NCBI RefSeq assembly: GCF_001194135.2
Contig: NC_068984.1
Coordinates: 82,421,527-82,485,526 of the forward strand
Direction: 5' to 3'
Source of the DNA: Octopus bimaculoides
Taxonomy: Eukaryota
Length of the DNA stretch: 64,000 bases
Shown here: positions 36,221 to 49,387 of the stretch, piece by piece
Layout: each line of letters begins with the position of its first letter
Position numbering within the stretch: the stretch's first letter is position 1
Position numbers and translations under genes: made by a program
Notes under the pieces: model-generated
Databases searched by the model: none
Told to the model about the DNA's origin: nothing
Seen by the model: the letters and a program-made list of their open reading frames with translations, nothing else

Positions 36221-37687
36221 GTAAGTACAAGAAATATATATTGGTACAAGTTATGTATTTTAAAAATTTTATTATTTAAACCTGGTGTAATGATCATGGA
36301 ACTGTAATGTCCCAAGATACTTGTTCACAACAATGTAGTGTGAACCACCTACCCTTCAGTTGATAATCTACACCTTATTGATCAACTCGGCTGTAATTTG
36401 GCTCTGTGATTACAAAATTTGTTTCATATCCAGATGGTTTTGAGTTCCATTGCACTGTAGCAATTTAAGCACATTTCTACAGGAGTTTTGGGCTGACCAA
36501 TGCTTTGTGAGTGATATTAGTTGATGAAAACTACGATGGTCAACTGTCTTTAAATGGAGACTAATTGTGTATGACATAATTATGTCTCCTGTAAAACATT
36601 TTGTAGGTTTCTACATGTGGAGACAAGCGGAATAAAAAAAAAATCCTGTACAATTAAGGGTTGGCAACAAAAAGGGTATTTGGCTGTAAAATATTACCTT
36701 AGTAAGTTTCTACCAACATGTACATGTATTCTGAGTGTGTGTTCAATGGAGAGTTATTTGAAGCAGGATTTTTTTTCTGAAGGATGTACTCACTGCTACT
36801 AGCCCTTTCTTATTGTTACAAGTTAGGGCTTTTTTAATTCCAGAGGTTTTCATGTGCAGAACAACTTGTCATGTAATCAGGAAGATGGTGGTGGTGCTAG
36901 CAACAGCAAGTAATTGTCAAATGACTGAAACAAGTAAGAGGTAATAGATATGAGGTAGATTTATTGCTGAATGTTTTATTTTGGTCATTAACCATTCAGC
37001 TATAAAGCAGCTATGGAGGTGAATTTGGGTTGCCTCTTTGTGTGGCACTTTAGGCAACCTTGGGCTGGTCTGCCATTTGAGGAAAATTTGGTGTGCAGAA
37101 ATTCATCACAGGTGTGTATTTGCCAAACAAAGGATGTAAACATTAGTGAGAAAACTGAAAAAGTAGTATTACTTGCAAATGCACTAACCCAGTGATTGGT
37201 CCATTGGAAACCAAAACCAGCAGCATAAATTGTTCATATATTAATGATATAAATATATAGATGTGCAAAGTAAGAAAACATGTAATAATAGCTGTAAAAT
37301 TTGTATATTTAAGATGAAATTTATACCTTTGTTGGCTTCTAATCAGCTGTCTCTCTATCCTCGGTTTGAGATCTAAAAAAGTGTAACTTGATAGAGGGTA
37401 GCTGCTATATTTAGTAGGTCATGCAATCACATTGAATTATGGCCAAATACCTAAAACTGAAAATTTGTCCCTGAAGTATTGATTAGTTGATAATGATTGG
37501 TGAGAAGCTCCAAATTTTAGGTTCAGGACTTCATCCAATGGAAAGATAAGATGCATATGTATTTATACACAATTTTATCTATTTATAAAATTACTTTAAT
37601 ATGTAACTGGTCCTTGATACAGTGACTAAAAGGAACTAAAGAACTAATAGAATTATTTTTCATTCCTTTCTCTAATTTGTCTTCTAG

Positions 37688-37770
37688 CCCTGTGATCTTC
37701 CCAAACAAGTACTACTGCAAGCAAAGCAACTTGGATTCTGTGATCTGCAAATTGCCAAATGTGTTTCAAG
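37688..37770 (+). CDS. CAD: CAD exon (CPS), PCDLPKQVLLQAKQLGFCDLQIAKCVS
   Basis: ttctag/gtaagc, 83 nt phase 0/2; resembles LLQQAKCLGFSDKQIA. Confidence 0.9.
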
Positions 37771-38059
37771 GTAAGCGGGTTTAAAATTAACCCTAACTTG
37801 TATTCTATCTCCTTGTTAAATATTTCATGCAGTGAATTATTGTTTCTAACACTACGAAATGTTATTACCTTTTTAAATCAAAATTTAGCTGGTTTGTCAT
37901 CAATACACTATAACATGTCTTAAAATGCTTTACTAAATGCTTGTCTGTCCATATTACCTATGTACCTATTTATTTACCTACTTATATATATATATTTGCA
38001 TACATAAGTCTACTACCAAATCTACCTGTGTATGTATATACTGTAGGTATAGGGGCATC

Positions 38060-39625
38060 ACTACTCTCTACATGTACTTCCTATTTAGTACAAGGGATGT
38101 TTCATTTATGAGGACGTACTCCTGTATGTGTCTGAATGATGGGGCTTTTGGATGCTTGGATAAAATACAGATATCAAGCCGGCCCAGTGTTCCATGTTGC
38201 TAGTGTATGGAGGGCTTTTTTCTGTTATCATATTGTCCGCAATGCTTCCAGATGTCTCAGCAATGTATGTCATGTTCTTGTCCTTACAAGCACCCTTTTT
38301 GCACCTTATGCTGTAGAATACATTTCTAGTCCTACAGTTAATGCCAGTGTTAATCTTCCATACCATGCAGTTCTCATTGGTGCATGTGGTATCTTGAAGG
38401 GGTCTGTCCTACATGACTGAATTGATGGAGCTCCCTGGCCTTTCAACGATCTTCATGTTGAGTTTGGTCTCCTTTAGAGCTTTCCTAAATCTACAGGCTA
38501 GTTCCCTATGTGTTGTAACCTCTACAAACATCACTACCTGATATCTGTTGGCCTTGTACTGTGTTCACACTGTTTGCTTTATCACAAACTTTCTGTATTC
38601 TATTCCAGTTTTCCTCTGTATCTAGGGCAGGTACCACTGGTTTCATTACATATAATGCTATCTACCTTCTTTCTAGCTCCCCTGTATACCCGAATCCTAT
38701 CTTTCTGGTCATATCCAGAGAATTGCATGAAGTTCTGTACATGTTTCCTTGTTTCATAGAGTTTGCATAGTGGGGACACGTAATTCATTATCCTAAGTAA
38801 ATCTGCTATCAGTATGTTGATTTTCATGTTGTGACAAAGCTGAGTTCTTGTGAACAACATATTTAGAAGCTTTGGGTTTTATGTAATAGGAGTGGAGGAG
38901 CTGCACTCTGTTGTTCACAGCCTCTAACCAGAGTTCAGTATCTCAGACAAGAAATCTATTGTTAGGGTGCCGAGTGGAGTAATCTGTAGTTAGCTACATG
39001 CTGGGTGCTCTCCATTCTGTTCCACACCGTTTCTACACTACAATTACCAGAGTTTGTCCTAACTTGAATATTGATGTCATCTACATACCTACAGTAAAGC
39101 AAAACAGTTGTGGATTGTTCAGATTGTTTGAAGGGGCTAGCCACACCGACACCAATGGCTGCACCTTGAACCTGCATGTATGATTTCCTGTTAAACTTTA
39201 CTATGTGGTTCTTATGTTAGCCCCTATTGCATGTGCAATCATTTTTTGACCTGATTGTTGTTCTCAGGATCCTGGATGGGTATGGTCCAGCCACTCCAGT
39301 GCTATGCGATGCTTTTCTTCACTGCCGAAGTGATCATGGTTGGTTTTCCCTTCTGTGACCTGGTGGGGCAAAATATACTACAGTCATGGTTGTCCAGGTA
39401 GCTACAGTCATAGCTTAGTTTAAGGAGGAGGCCCAGTTCTCTTGTGTTGACTTCGTGGAACTATACTTTACTCTCACAGATAATCTGTGTATTTTTCCAC
39501 AGCAAAATCTGTCTATAGATGGGTAGAGTGAAACTACATCCATACTACCCTCTTCACAACCTGCGAGGTCGTTGGAGTGGTTGCAACTACTGATTCTACT
39601 GAGGTGATCCTCCGTTCTCACACAG
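38060..39625 (-). mobile_element. Degenerate Penelope-like element (RT plus GIY-YIG endonuclease), antisense in CAD intron
   Basis: ORF track minus strand: SMDVVSLYPSID, QVQGAAIG...YCRYVDDI, and downstream CRTRNVFYSIRC...TYIAETS (degenerate GIY-YIG); RT-then-EN order typical of PLEs. Confidence 0.75.
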
Positions 39626-40121
39626 ACATATAGTTGATTTATATGTATTATTGTTTAGATCCTAATCTGTTCTGATCAAGCAGAGCTGTGGTTAAAATAC
39701 TCCATCTTTTAATTCAAGTGTAACTTTTTTCTTTCATTTTCTGTTTCTTAAATCAATGATTCTGCTAATATTTCAAACTTGTTGAATAACTGCTTAGAGA
39801 ACGTTGGGACCCTTTTAGCACCAGAATGAATTGTAAATCGGAACAAAACTGTGGGGATACATCTTCGCTGAGAAAGACAAGAAATCTAATTTTAAAATGC
39901 CTAGTTATGTAACTTACATCAAATTGTTTTGTTGTACTTTATAGTCCAGTAGGTTTTTAGAGCTTTCATCCATGGACTGTTCAGATTTGGGTACAAGTGA
40001 TGCAGATTATTCACTACTGGTATCGGGAGTACTACAGTATGTGTTTGTGTTACCTTAAGGAGAGTAACAGTGTATGATATTACCATCTTTGACTTAATTT
40101 TGACTTTCTTGTTAATTGCAG

Positions 40122-40368
40122 CACTGAACTTGTGATCAGGCACACTAGGGAACAATTTGGTGTAAAGCCATGGGTGAAACAGATTGATACAGTGGCAGCT
40201 GAGTGGCCAGCTGAGACCAACTATCTCTATTTGACATATAACAGCATTGAACACGACCTCCCATTTGCGGAAGGTCACATTATGGTGCTCGGTTCTGGAG
40301 TTTATAGAATTGGAAGCAGTGTTGAATTCGATTGGTGTGCTGTGAACTGTATCAGTGAATTGAGAGCG
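40122..40368 (+). CDS. CAD: CAD exon (CPS), [36 protein letters not shown]...[19 protein letters not shown]
   Basis: tgcag/gtgagt, 247 nt phase 2/0. Confidence 0.97.
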
Positions 40369-40462
40369 GTGAGTACAAGTGAATGTTGGAAGTTTGTCCC
40401 TCTGTTCCATTAGTTCTTATTCTATCAGTTCTCAAGTGATAGTGGTGGGGGACAAGCACAGA

Positions 40463-40875
40463 CACACACACACACACACACACATAAATACGTACATACA
40501 TGCATGTGTGTATATATATATATGTGAGTGTGTGTGTGTGTGTGTATAGATGTGTGTGTGTGTGTGTACAGATGTGTGTGTGTGTGTGTGTGTATAGATG
40601 TGTGTGTGTGTGTATATAGATGTGTGTGTGTGTGTATATAGATGTGTGTGTGTGTGTGTATATAGATGTGTGTGTGTGTGTATATAGATGTGTGTGTGTG
40701 TGTGTATATAGATGTGTGTGTGTGTATATAGATATGTATCTATATATACATGTATGTACATATGCATGTATATACATATACATATGTATGTATATCTATA
40801 TACATATGTATATACGTGTTTGTATGTGTATATCTATACATACATGTATATGTGTGTATGTATGTATGTATATAT
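40463..40875. repeat. Compound TG/TA minisatellite, unit about (GT)n-ATATAGAT
   Basis: repeated gtgtgtgtgtgtatatagat units 40525-40735 grading into TA/TG-rich repeat. Confidence 0.92.
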
Positions 40876-41571
40876 ACTAGGAGCAATGCCTGGTCGGTTT
40901 GGATGATGTGCCTGTAGAACCTGTAAGCATTCGACTTGTTTGTTCACACTTGCATTAAAAAAACAATTTTAAAATGACTTTTTTCTGTCAAAATGTTAAA
41001 ACTGACTAAGGGAAAAAAAACAAACAACCAAGATTCAAGCAAATCGATAAATAAACACAAATACTAAGCGAACAAATATGTACCATCCCACTTCCGTTGC
41101 GTGCGCACATACTACTCCTTTTACATGCGCACACATATATTCACACAGTGATGAAACGCTGTTTGATTTTTTTTTCAGTGTGAAATTTTCATCATCCCAC
41201 TACCAAGTATGGCATCACACCTTCCCTTCCTTTCTTATTCATCTGTCATTCCTTTCTTTCTCATTCATAAACCCAAAAGTATTATTATAGTAGAATGTCT
41301 CTTTAACCGTGGGAGCTATGGAAAAAATATGACATCATGCCTTCCATACTTACTCATCTATAACCCCATTCCATTCTCATTCCTGAATCCAAGAGTATTA
41401 TTATAGTAGATTACCTTAGTAACCTAGGGAGCTATGAAAAGAATAGAAAGCCCAGCAATACTACCAGATCATTCTCCACCTCTGTGTGCTTTTTCACACA
41501 ATTCCACCCAGCCGTTTGCTCCTGAATCCCAAGACAAGACAGAGTCGCCCATGTTAAATTTATATGTATAG

Positions 41572-41900
41572 AAATAGAGAATCGTGATGTCGTAGGAGAG
41601 AAATGTGTCCGCATGGATGATGGCTCACTTGCACTAAACAAGGCTGCAAAGAGAGAGGTATGGAGACACCACTATGAAAGATTGCTTAATAAAGAGAATG
41701 AATGGGAGGAAGAGAGTCTGCCGCATGTCGACCCAAGAGGGACCAGCTATCCTAATTGACAGTACCTAGGTAGATAAGGCGATTAAGAGTATGAAGACAG
41801 GGAAAGCTCCTGGCCCATCAGGAATCACTGCAGAGATGCTCAAAATATCTGGCAGTGTCTGCTATAGCCTAGTCACTCGTATAGTTAATCAGGTGATACA
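41572..41900 (+). mobile_element. RTE-clade LINE ORF2 internal fragment (just upstream of RT)
   Basis: hand translation WRHHYERLLNKENEW...VDKAIKSMKTGKAPGPSGITAEMLKISG. Confidence 0.8.
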
Positions 41901-41994
41901 CATACGCCATAGAAACCGGGAAACCGCGCCCATGAGCTTGGCTAGGCTTTGAAAGGGCACCGAAAAAATAAAAAACGAATATATATGTATGAAT

Positions 41995-41999
41995 ATATT

Positions 42000-42067
<68 letters not shown>

Positions 42068-42075
42068 GCATGTAT
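41995..42075. repeat. (TG)n(TA)n microsatellite
   Basis: direct reading. Confidence 0.9.
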
Positions 42076-42615
42076 ATCTATATATGTGTCATTCAAAATT
42101 TGATCTTGTGCTTGAAAATTAGAACTTATAAAGTGAGGTATTACTGTACCAGTAGAGGGTTGGGGGGGTCAATGTAATCGACTTACTCCTCTGCCCTGAA
42201 ATTGCTGGCCTTGTGCCAAAATTTGAAACCAATGTAAACTTTTTTTATTTAAAGAGTATAATATACGTATATTATGGTAGTCTTTAATGCTGCTCCCATC
42301 TCAGTCTTCGTAGCTTTTCTCGTGATCACTGATATGTGGATGATTAATTCAACACAACGTGAAAAATATTGCCTAATTCTGTCCACAAATTTCACATACT
42401 TTTCATTTAGTACCTCATCTGCTGTAGATTTCTAATATCTTCAGTTTCTAGTTTACTTGATCTATTTCCCATTTCTTTTGTTTGACTTCTTGAGTTCTCA
42501 GCCATAGAAAGTACAGCTAACTGAAAAATTGTTGCTCCAACAAAAAGTATTCCACCTATCTAAAACAAAATTCTTTGCATTTTGTCTAATGTTTCCATTT
42601 TCTCTCTCTTTACAG

Positions 42616-42714
42616 ATGTCCCACAAGACCATAATGGTCAACTGCAATCCTGAGACTGTCAGTACAGACTATGACATGTGTGATCGTCTTTATTTTGATG
42701 AAATATCATTTGAG
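42616..42714 (+). CDS. CAD: CAD exon (CPS), [33 protein letters not shown]
   Basis: tacag/gtaaaa, 99 nt phase 0/0. Confidence 0.96.
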
Positions 42715-43167
42715 GTAAAAATTGATAAAGACTATGTATTTGTGGGTTTTTTTAATTTTTTGTATATTCTAGGTTACCCTTGATTAAACTTAGTCATATT
42801 CATTCCTGCTATGACTATTTTTTTTTTTTTTTTTTTTTTTTTTAAGAATAATTTTGAGTAAGATTTTCATGCTATTTCTAGCAAGTTGAGCTGCCATGTA
42901 CAGGCTCCCTTATTGGCTAGCTGAAGTTTCTGCTTTCATAGTAAATGGACCTGATAGAACTAGTCTTGGTCCTTATTACACCTGTGTTAAGATTTGGAAC
43001 ATCACATAGCAAATCATTCAATTGTAGAGCGTTTCTGGCTGGTTCCAACAGTAACTGTACCACTCTGTACTCTCTATTTGTATCATTGGTTAAACATGAA
43101 AAGAAAAGCTTACTCTTCTCAATGTGATATATATATATATATATAAAACATTGAGAGGGGTAGATAG

Positions 43168-43203
<36 letters not shown>

Positions 43204-43779
43204 AAGTGGATTTCTTTGGCTTACAATACATTATTCTCAGTGTAACTAGGGACACTAGGGGACCTATTGGATTCTCTCCACTCTTTGTCCCACCCGAGCT
43301 CTTTCATCACCATAAGATATATACTTATGAGACTTGCATATACCTTATATCCACTACATGTATTCCTCACTGGCCATTAGCTATTGTCAGCTTTCATTCA
43401 CTCATCATTTATCCACCTATTTCTACTTGTCACTTTCTTACCTCTATCCTCTCTAGCTCTGGCACCACAAGATTTTGTTCCTAGTACACTGTTGGGTTGT
43501 GAGGACACTATTCTTGTTGAGGATGAAACCACCTCTCTAGTGCTGGTGTTATGAAAAATCTACCCAATACACACTGTAAAGTAATTGGTGTTAAAGAGAA
43601 CATCTAGCTGTAGAAACCAAGTGAAAAATGAAACTTATAAGCAATCTATGAGAACAACAATGACCCATCCAACCATATCATCGAAAGTGAACTTAAAACA
43701 ATGATTATGTTATATGTATATATAAAATCCATTATTTTTATATCTAATTATTTCTCTGTTTCTTTTTTGATGATTTCAG

Positions 43780-43881
43780 ACTGTAATGGACATATATGAC
43801 CTAGAGAACCCAGAAGGAATTATTTTATCGATGGGTGGTCAACTGCCAAACAACATTGCTATGTCTCTACACAGACAACAG
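43780..43881 (+). CDS. CAD: CAD exon (CPS), [34 protein letters not shown]
   Basis: tttcag/gtaagc, 102 nt phase 0/0. Confidence 0.96.
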
Positions 43882-44257
43882 GTAAGCTATCTAATAGCCA
43901 AACCTACCATAATTCATTGGGATGATGTTCAATTAAAAGGTTAATTCATTTGAAAATGTTTGCTTGTTTATGAATGTGTATTTGTGTTAATTTGTATGTT
44001 GTCTTTTTTTTTATTATTTTACTTCGCTGGATTTGCCGTCTGAGCTATTGTTTGTAAACCTGTTGTCAGCCCTGATCATGGAGGCCTAATTCTTGTACAC
44101 ATGTGATAGGTTTACTGTGTGTTTGAGTTTGATATTTTTCTCATGTGCGTATTTATATGTAATGGATTTATTGAGTATCTATGTAAGTTTTCAGTTTTTA
44201 TGTGTATATGCACACTCCATTTCTACTATACTACTTGCTCTTTCTTATTCTTTCTAG

Positions 44258-44380
44258 GCTCGTATTCTTGGTACCTCACCTGAGTTTATTGATAATGCTG
44301 AAAATCGATTCAAGTTCTCTCGTATGTTGGACAATATGGGCATTTCTCAACCCATGTGGAGAGAGCTGGATGACCTTGAG
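44258..44380 (+). CDS. CAD: CAD exon (CPS), [41 protein letters not shown]
   Basis: ttctag/gtaagg, 123 nt phase 0/0. Confidence 0.96.
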
Positions 44381-45136
44381 GTAAGGCATCTCTTCTCTTT
44401 TATCCTTTAAAACACTTAACATTTCTTTCACTCATCTGACAGTGCACCCTCTATGAATGTTCATATGCATGGGTATGTACAAAGTCAAGTGAAAAGGCTT
44501 TAGTTTTTGATTGCTAAATAAACAATAAAGCATATTTTAAAATAGATTACATACATCATAAACATTTGGATGGTGTTAGTTGATAGAAAGTACTGGTTGA
44601 ATACTTTTATTTGATTAGTTGCTGTGGTGTTAGTGCATCTACTATGATGGTACACTTAACATGCCACTCTGTTTAACACCACTACCTTATACTTTTGTAT
44701 CTTTAACAGAGTTCATTCTTCTGCAAGCATTTAGACTACAACCTTGATTCGTTCAGGGACAATATTTATTTTTTCCTACAGACAATGTTCAGAATGGGCA
44801 TCAGCCTCACCAATTCACCAGTCTGTGAAGGCCTACAAATGTTATGAGCATTGCTGTTCAGCTTCTAAAACAAAAAAAAAAAATTTTTAAACCCTCAAAA
44901 GCTGCATCACTTTCACTCTTACTACCAACATTACTGTCACTATAAATACCATGTTACTATTACCAGTGAACAACTTCATAAAATTAATTTGCAAAGTTGA
45001 TTATCAGAATTTATCACAGCCCTATGAAAAATGAAGCCGTTTTTCCATGAAAGCTCTTCACTTTCATAGTTAATGAATGTGACAACTTCTAGATTTCATT
45101 AACTTATTACTTTGTGGTGTTGTCTATCTATTGCAG

Positions 45137-45319
45137 GAAGCCAAAAAATTCTGTGATACTGTTGGTTTCCCATGCCTTGTTCGTCCTTCCTATGTCCTGA
45201 GTGGTGCTGCTATGAATGTGGCCCACACTCACAAAGATTTGGAAAGTTATTTGACTCAAGCCAGTGCCGTATCCAAGGAGCATCCAGTTGTTATTTCTAA
45301 GTTTATTCTTGAAGCTAAA
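45137..45319 (+). CDS. CAD: CAD exon (CPS ATP-grasp 2), [29 protein letters not shown]...[13 protein letters not shown]
   Basis: ttgcag/gtaagt, 183 nt phase 0/0. Confidence 0.97.
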
Positions 45320-45687
45320 GTAAGTACCACAAATTCATTTGATCTCTTTTTCTTCAGTCTCTCTTGCTATCACTTTTATTGTCACAAAGTTTGTAGCCCC
45401 ACCACTCATTTGCTTTTCTCTTTTTTTTCCATTTACTTTTTCCTCTCTTGTTCAATCTCACCTCAATTGTTTCAGTCCTCCTAATTCTTCTTAACTTCAC
45501 CTATTTTCAGTAAAACTCTTCCACTGTTTTACTACTCCAGAATTCTTTCACTCTTCCAAATCACCTATATAATTATGCCACACACCCTTGCCCTTAGTTA
45601 TTAACTCACCCTTCCTTATAGCTCAGATCTGTACATATATGAATCTAACCAATACTTTCACCAACTTTTTGGGGGGGTTCTCTACAG

Positions 45688-45906
45688 GAAATTGATGTGG
45701 ATGCTGTGGCATGTGATGGAGAGGTCGTCTGCATGGCTATTTCTGAACATGTTGAGAATGCTGGTGTGCACTCTGGTGATGCTACACTGATGACGCCACC
45801 ACAAGACATCAATGAAAAGACCCTAGCTCGTATCAAATTGATTTGCTGCACAGTTGGCCGAGCACTTGAAGTGACAGGTCCGTTTAACCTACAACTTATT
45901 GCAAAG
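45688..45906 (+). CDS. CAD: CAD exon (CPS), [11 protein letters not shown]...[16 protein letters not shown]...[10 protein letters not shown]
   Basis: tacag/gtttgt, 219 nt phase 0/0. Confidence 0.97.
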
Positions 45907-46418
45907 GTTTGTTTCTTCTGTTTTTGTACTATATTTTGTGTGTGTGTGTGTGTGAGAGAGATTTCTCATGTGGTGTGTATATTTGTTTTTTTTAGAACAT
46001 GGCTTGTCTTTTGTATGTAGTTTCTTGTGTTATGTGGTTTTAAGTTTGCTATTTGTTGTACATTTTCAAAATTTTTAGTATTTCACTTTCTAATACAATT
46101 TTCCTTTTTCAACAACTTGGTCTAGTTCATTGACATTATATGTTATCTTGCTCCACCATTACTACTTTCTTCATTTAGATACTTTATAATCCCGATTCAT
46201 ATTTTTATAATATTAATATTAATAGTAATAATAATAATAATAATAATAATATTTTCTTAGTTGAGTAGATTGGCAGAAATGGTAAGGAGTATCCTGTTAT
46301 GGTCAGCTTTACCTTTTATCATTCTGGAGTAAACAATCATTACTTGATTATGTTGTCCTTAACAAAAAACTGTGACCTTGTGCCAGTGCTAAAATTTATT
46401 ATTATTGAAATTTTTTAG

Positions 46419-46586
46419 GACAACCAGTTGAAAGTGATTGAATGCAATGTCCGTGTGTCACGGTCGTTTCCATTTGTATCTAAAGCTTTGGACCATGACT
46501 TCATTGCGATGGCCACCCGAGCCATTATGGGAGAGAAACTGGAACCAGTCAATGTTCTTGCTGGTTGCCGCAAAGTGGCACTCAAG
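46419..46586 (+). CDS. CAD: CAD exon (CPS), [39 protein letters not shown]...VALK
   Basis: ttttag/gtaaga, 168 nt phase 0/0. Confidence 0.96.
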
Positions 46587-48193
46587 GTAAGACGGATTTT
46601 TATTTTTAAAAATTGTATTTTCTTTTCAGGTTTTTAAAAGTTTCTAACAGTCTATTGTCATTGCTTACAACTTACAATTAATTCTCCAGTGAACACAAAT
46701 GTATCCACATTGCAGATATGTCTAGTGTGCTGCCATTTATATTCCTTCTTTTTCTTATAACTTCCAATTCACTACAACTGTCCTTTTTGTCTATGGTTAC
46801 AATATGTCTTTTTTAAAGATGTTAAGATTTATAGAAAGTGACTTGAAGGTCTGTTATTATAGTTATGTTTGCATCAAGTTCACCAAAGCACTTCTTTTTG
46901 CAATGAAGGTCTGCAGAAAAAAAATCAAAGGAGCATTTTTGGAGAACAAAACCATGCGTGTGTGTGTGTGTGTGTATATAGGGTGTCCTTAAAAGCTGGA
47001 CACATAAGGCAAAATGTATATTTTCAAGAAATACACACACACACAATAAATATTTTCTAGGCTTAATTCAGTTTCTAACAGTCTAAACTAAAAGAAACTT
47101 AATACCATCTCATCATGGTAACCTGAAAGATAAATTAGTGTTGATTTGTGGGTTTTAAGGGTGGGGAGAATATTTCTTTTTGTTTAAATCCTTCATATTC
47201 AACATGCCAGAATGATTAATAACTATATCCTTGGTTTGACAGTGCAATAATAAAGTACCAGCTGCTGTTTAGCTCCATGGCAGCTCTGAGTCAGCAGACT
47301 TAAGATGAAAGATGTCCCATTTATGATCATCTCATCTTTATTCTCAGACTTACCCGAGATCACTCCTGGTTCTATAATCCAACCTTCATGTTAATTTGTT
47401 TCAAACACCTGTTTAAGTATAGCAAAATTAATTGAAATGAAGGTAATGTATTTCAACAGAAGTATAAATAGCAAAAATATAAAGGTTTATCCTCTGAGTT
47501 CATTTAAATTTGAAATTCTATTGTCTGTACTTGGCTGTCAAGAACTCCTGCTAAAAATTGATAGTGTTGAGAAAACTCTAGTCTGGTCATTTCCTTGTTG
47601 CTTGTAGCATAATAGAATACACTACATCCATACTGTAGAATGGTTGGTGATAGGAAAGGGAAAACATAGTATGCACAAGAAAGATCTTGGAAATAGGCAG
47701 TCACTAGGATGACAGAATGTTTTATGATTTGTTCTGACTTCTGCACTGTGTTTAAATACCATTAAGATCAACTTTGCCTTTCACGCTTGATGAAATAAAT
47801 TACCAGTTCATTGTGACAAATTGTATGGGGTTCCTTGTGGTATTTGTTTCAGTTTTTGACATGGTAGGCTTAATTTTGTTACCTGGTTTAACCTTACCGC
47901 TTAGTTCTTGGGTGCCTTTAGTAAAGTCTTGTCTGTTGCAAGCATTTGGTTCAAGTCTCAGATCTCCACTTTCATGGGAGAAAAAGAGGAAGTTATCCTC
48001 AGTCTTCAAAACAATGAGTCATGTGTTTTCTCTGGTTGATGTGCTTGATGATGATGATAATGATGAATGACAAATAACATGACCCTATCAAATTCATGTC
48101 AGCAAGGGAAAAAAAAGTATAAATGACACTATTCCCACATACACACAATTTCTATGCTTGTACATATACATACTACTTGCTCACATGTTACAG

Positions 48194-48376
48194 GTACCCG
48201 TCTTCTCCTTCTCCCGTCTTCGTGGTGCTGATGTGTTGCTAGGTGTTGAGATGGCCAGTACAGGTGAAGTTGCTGGCTTTGGTGAGGACCGTTATGAAGC
48301 TTACCTCAAGGCTCAACTCAGCTCAGGATTTAAAATTCCTCATAGAAATATTTTGATATCCATTGGTAGCTTCAAG
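48194..48376 (+). CDS. CAD: CAD exon (CPS), [40 protein letters not shown]...IGSFK
   Basis: tacag/gtaagg, 183 nt phase 0/0. Confidence 0.96.
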
Positions 48377-48904
48377 GTAAGGGTTGTTTCTTAAATGTTT
48401 GTATATATGCTGGGAATGGGTTTCTTAGTGTCATTGTTAGAATGAGTTTGTTCGCCTGTCTAGGTTTGCTTGTCTGCACACTTGGTGGTTGTCTCTGGTC
48501 ATTAGTGTGTATGTATGAATGTTATGAGTGGAGTTGTATGTCGGAGTGTTCAGGTCAAGGTATGTTGAGTGGGGTTAGGTGTATGTGCACACCTTGGAGT
48601 AAGGTGCAGGTAGGTATAAATGTTTATGTTTACATGTATAAGTATCATTAGATGTGTAGGATATGCCTTCTAGTTGTTTTTGCTCGCTAATATAAAAACC
48701 AGTATGTTTTGGTCTTTTGTTTTCTCTCCTCCTCTTCACTGTATTTAATCTACTGTATTAATGTTCATCCTGTTTCCACCACTCTACTTTAAGATAATGC
48801 AGTCCACTCTCTATACTGTTCAGATGTTCACTTCTCATAATTTTTTAACAATTCTTTTCATTTTTCACTCTCTTCGCTCTCATTCTAAATGCTTACCATT
48901 TCAG

Positions 48905-49009
48905 CACAAGAATGAGCTTCTTCCTTCAGTAAAGACACTTGAAGAAATTGGCTACAATCTCTTTGCCAGTATGGGGACAGCTGACTTCTACACAGAACAT
49001 GGTGTCAAG
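48905..49009 (+). CDS. CAD: CAD exon (CPS allosteric/MGS domain), [35 protein letters not shown]
   Basis: tttcag/gtaagt, 105 nt phase 0/0. Confidence 0.96.
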
Positions 49010-49138
49010 GTAAGTATCCTCTCTCTATCAAAGTATTATTATTTTTTTTTTTCTCTTTGTCTCTCTCTTTCATGTTCTATGTGTGGTATCCCCTGTGTGT
49101 CATTATATTAACTGACCCCTATTTCATTACTATTCCAG

Positions 49139-49387
49139 ATCAAAGCTGTGGACTGGCCTTATGAAAATATCAGTGAAAATGGCAACGGCAATGGTGTAGA
49201 GCAGAGGACAATAGCAGACTACTTGGCTAAAAACATGTTTGACCTAGTCATCAATTTGCCCATGCGTAATGGTGGCACTTATAGGGCTTCATCTTTTGTC
49301 ACCCAGGGCTACAAGACACGACGTATGGCCATTGATTATTCTGTACCTCTCATAACTGATGTCAAGTGCACCAAACTTTTGGTGGAG
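49139..49387 (+). CDS. CAD: CAD exon (MGS domain), IKAVDWPYE...LVINLPMRNGGTYRASSFVTQGYKTRRMAIDYSVPLITDVKCTKLLVE
   Basis: ttccag/gtcaga, 249 nt phase 0/0. Confidence 0.96.

Noticed and set aside
40352-40906. His/Thr- or Cys/Val-repeat ORFs in the ORF track
   Set aside because: Simple translations of the TG/TA minisatellite.
49010-49020. U12-type intron (gtatcct motif)
   Set aside because: The motif is at +5 within a standard gtaagt U2 donor, not at the intron start.
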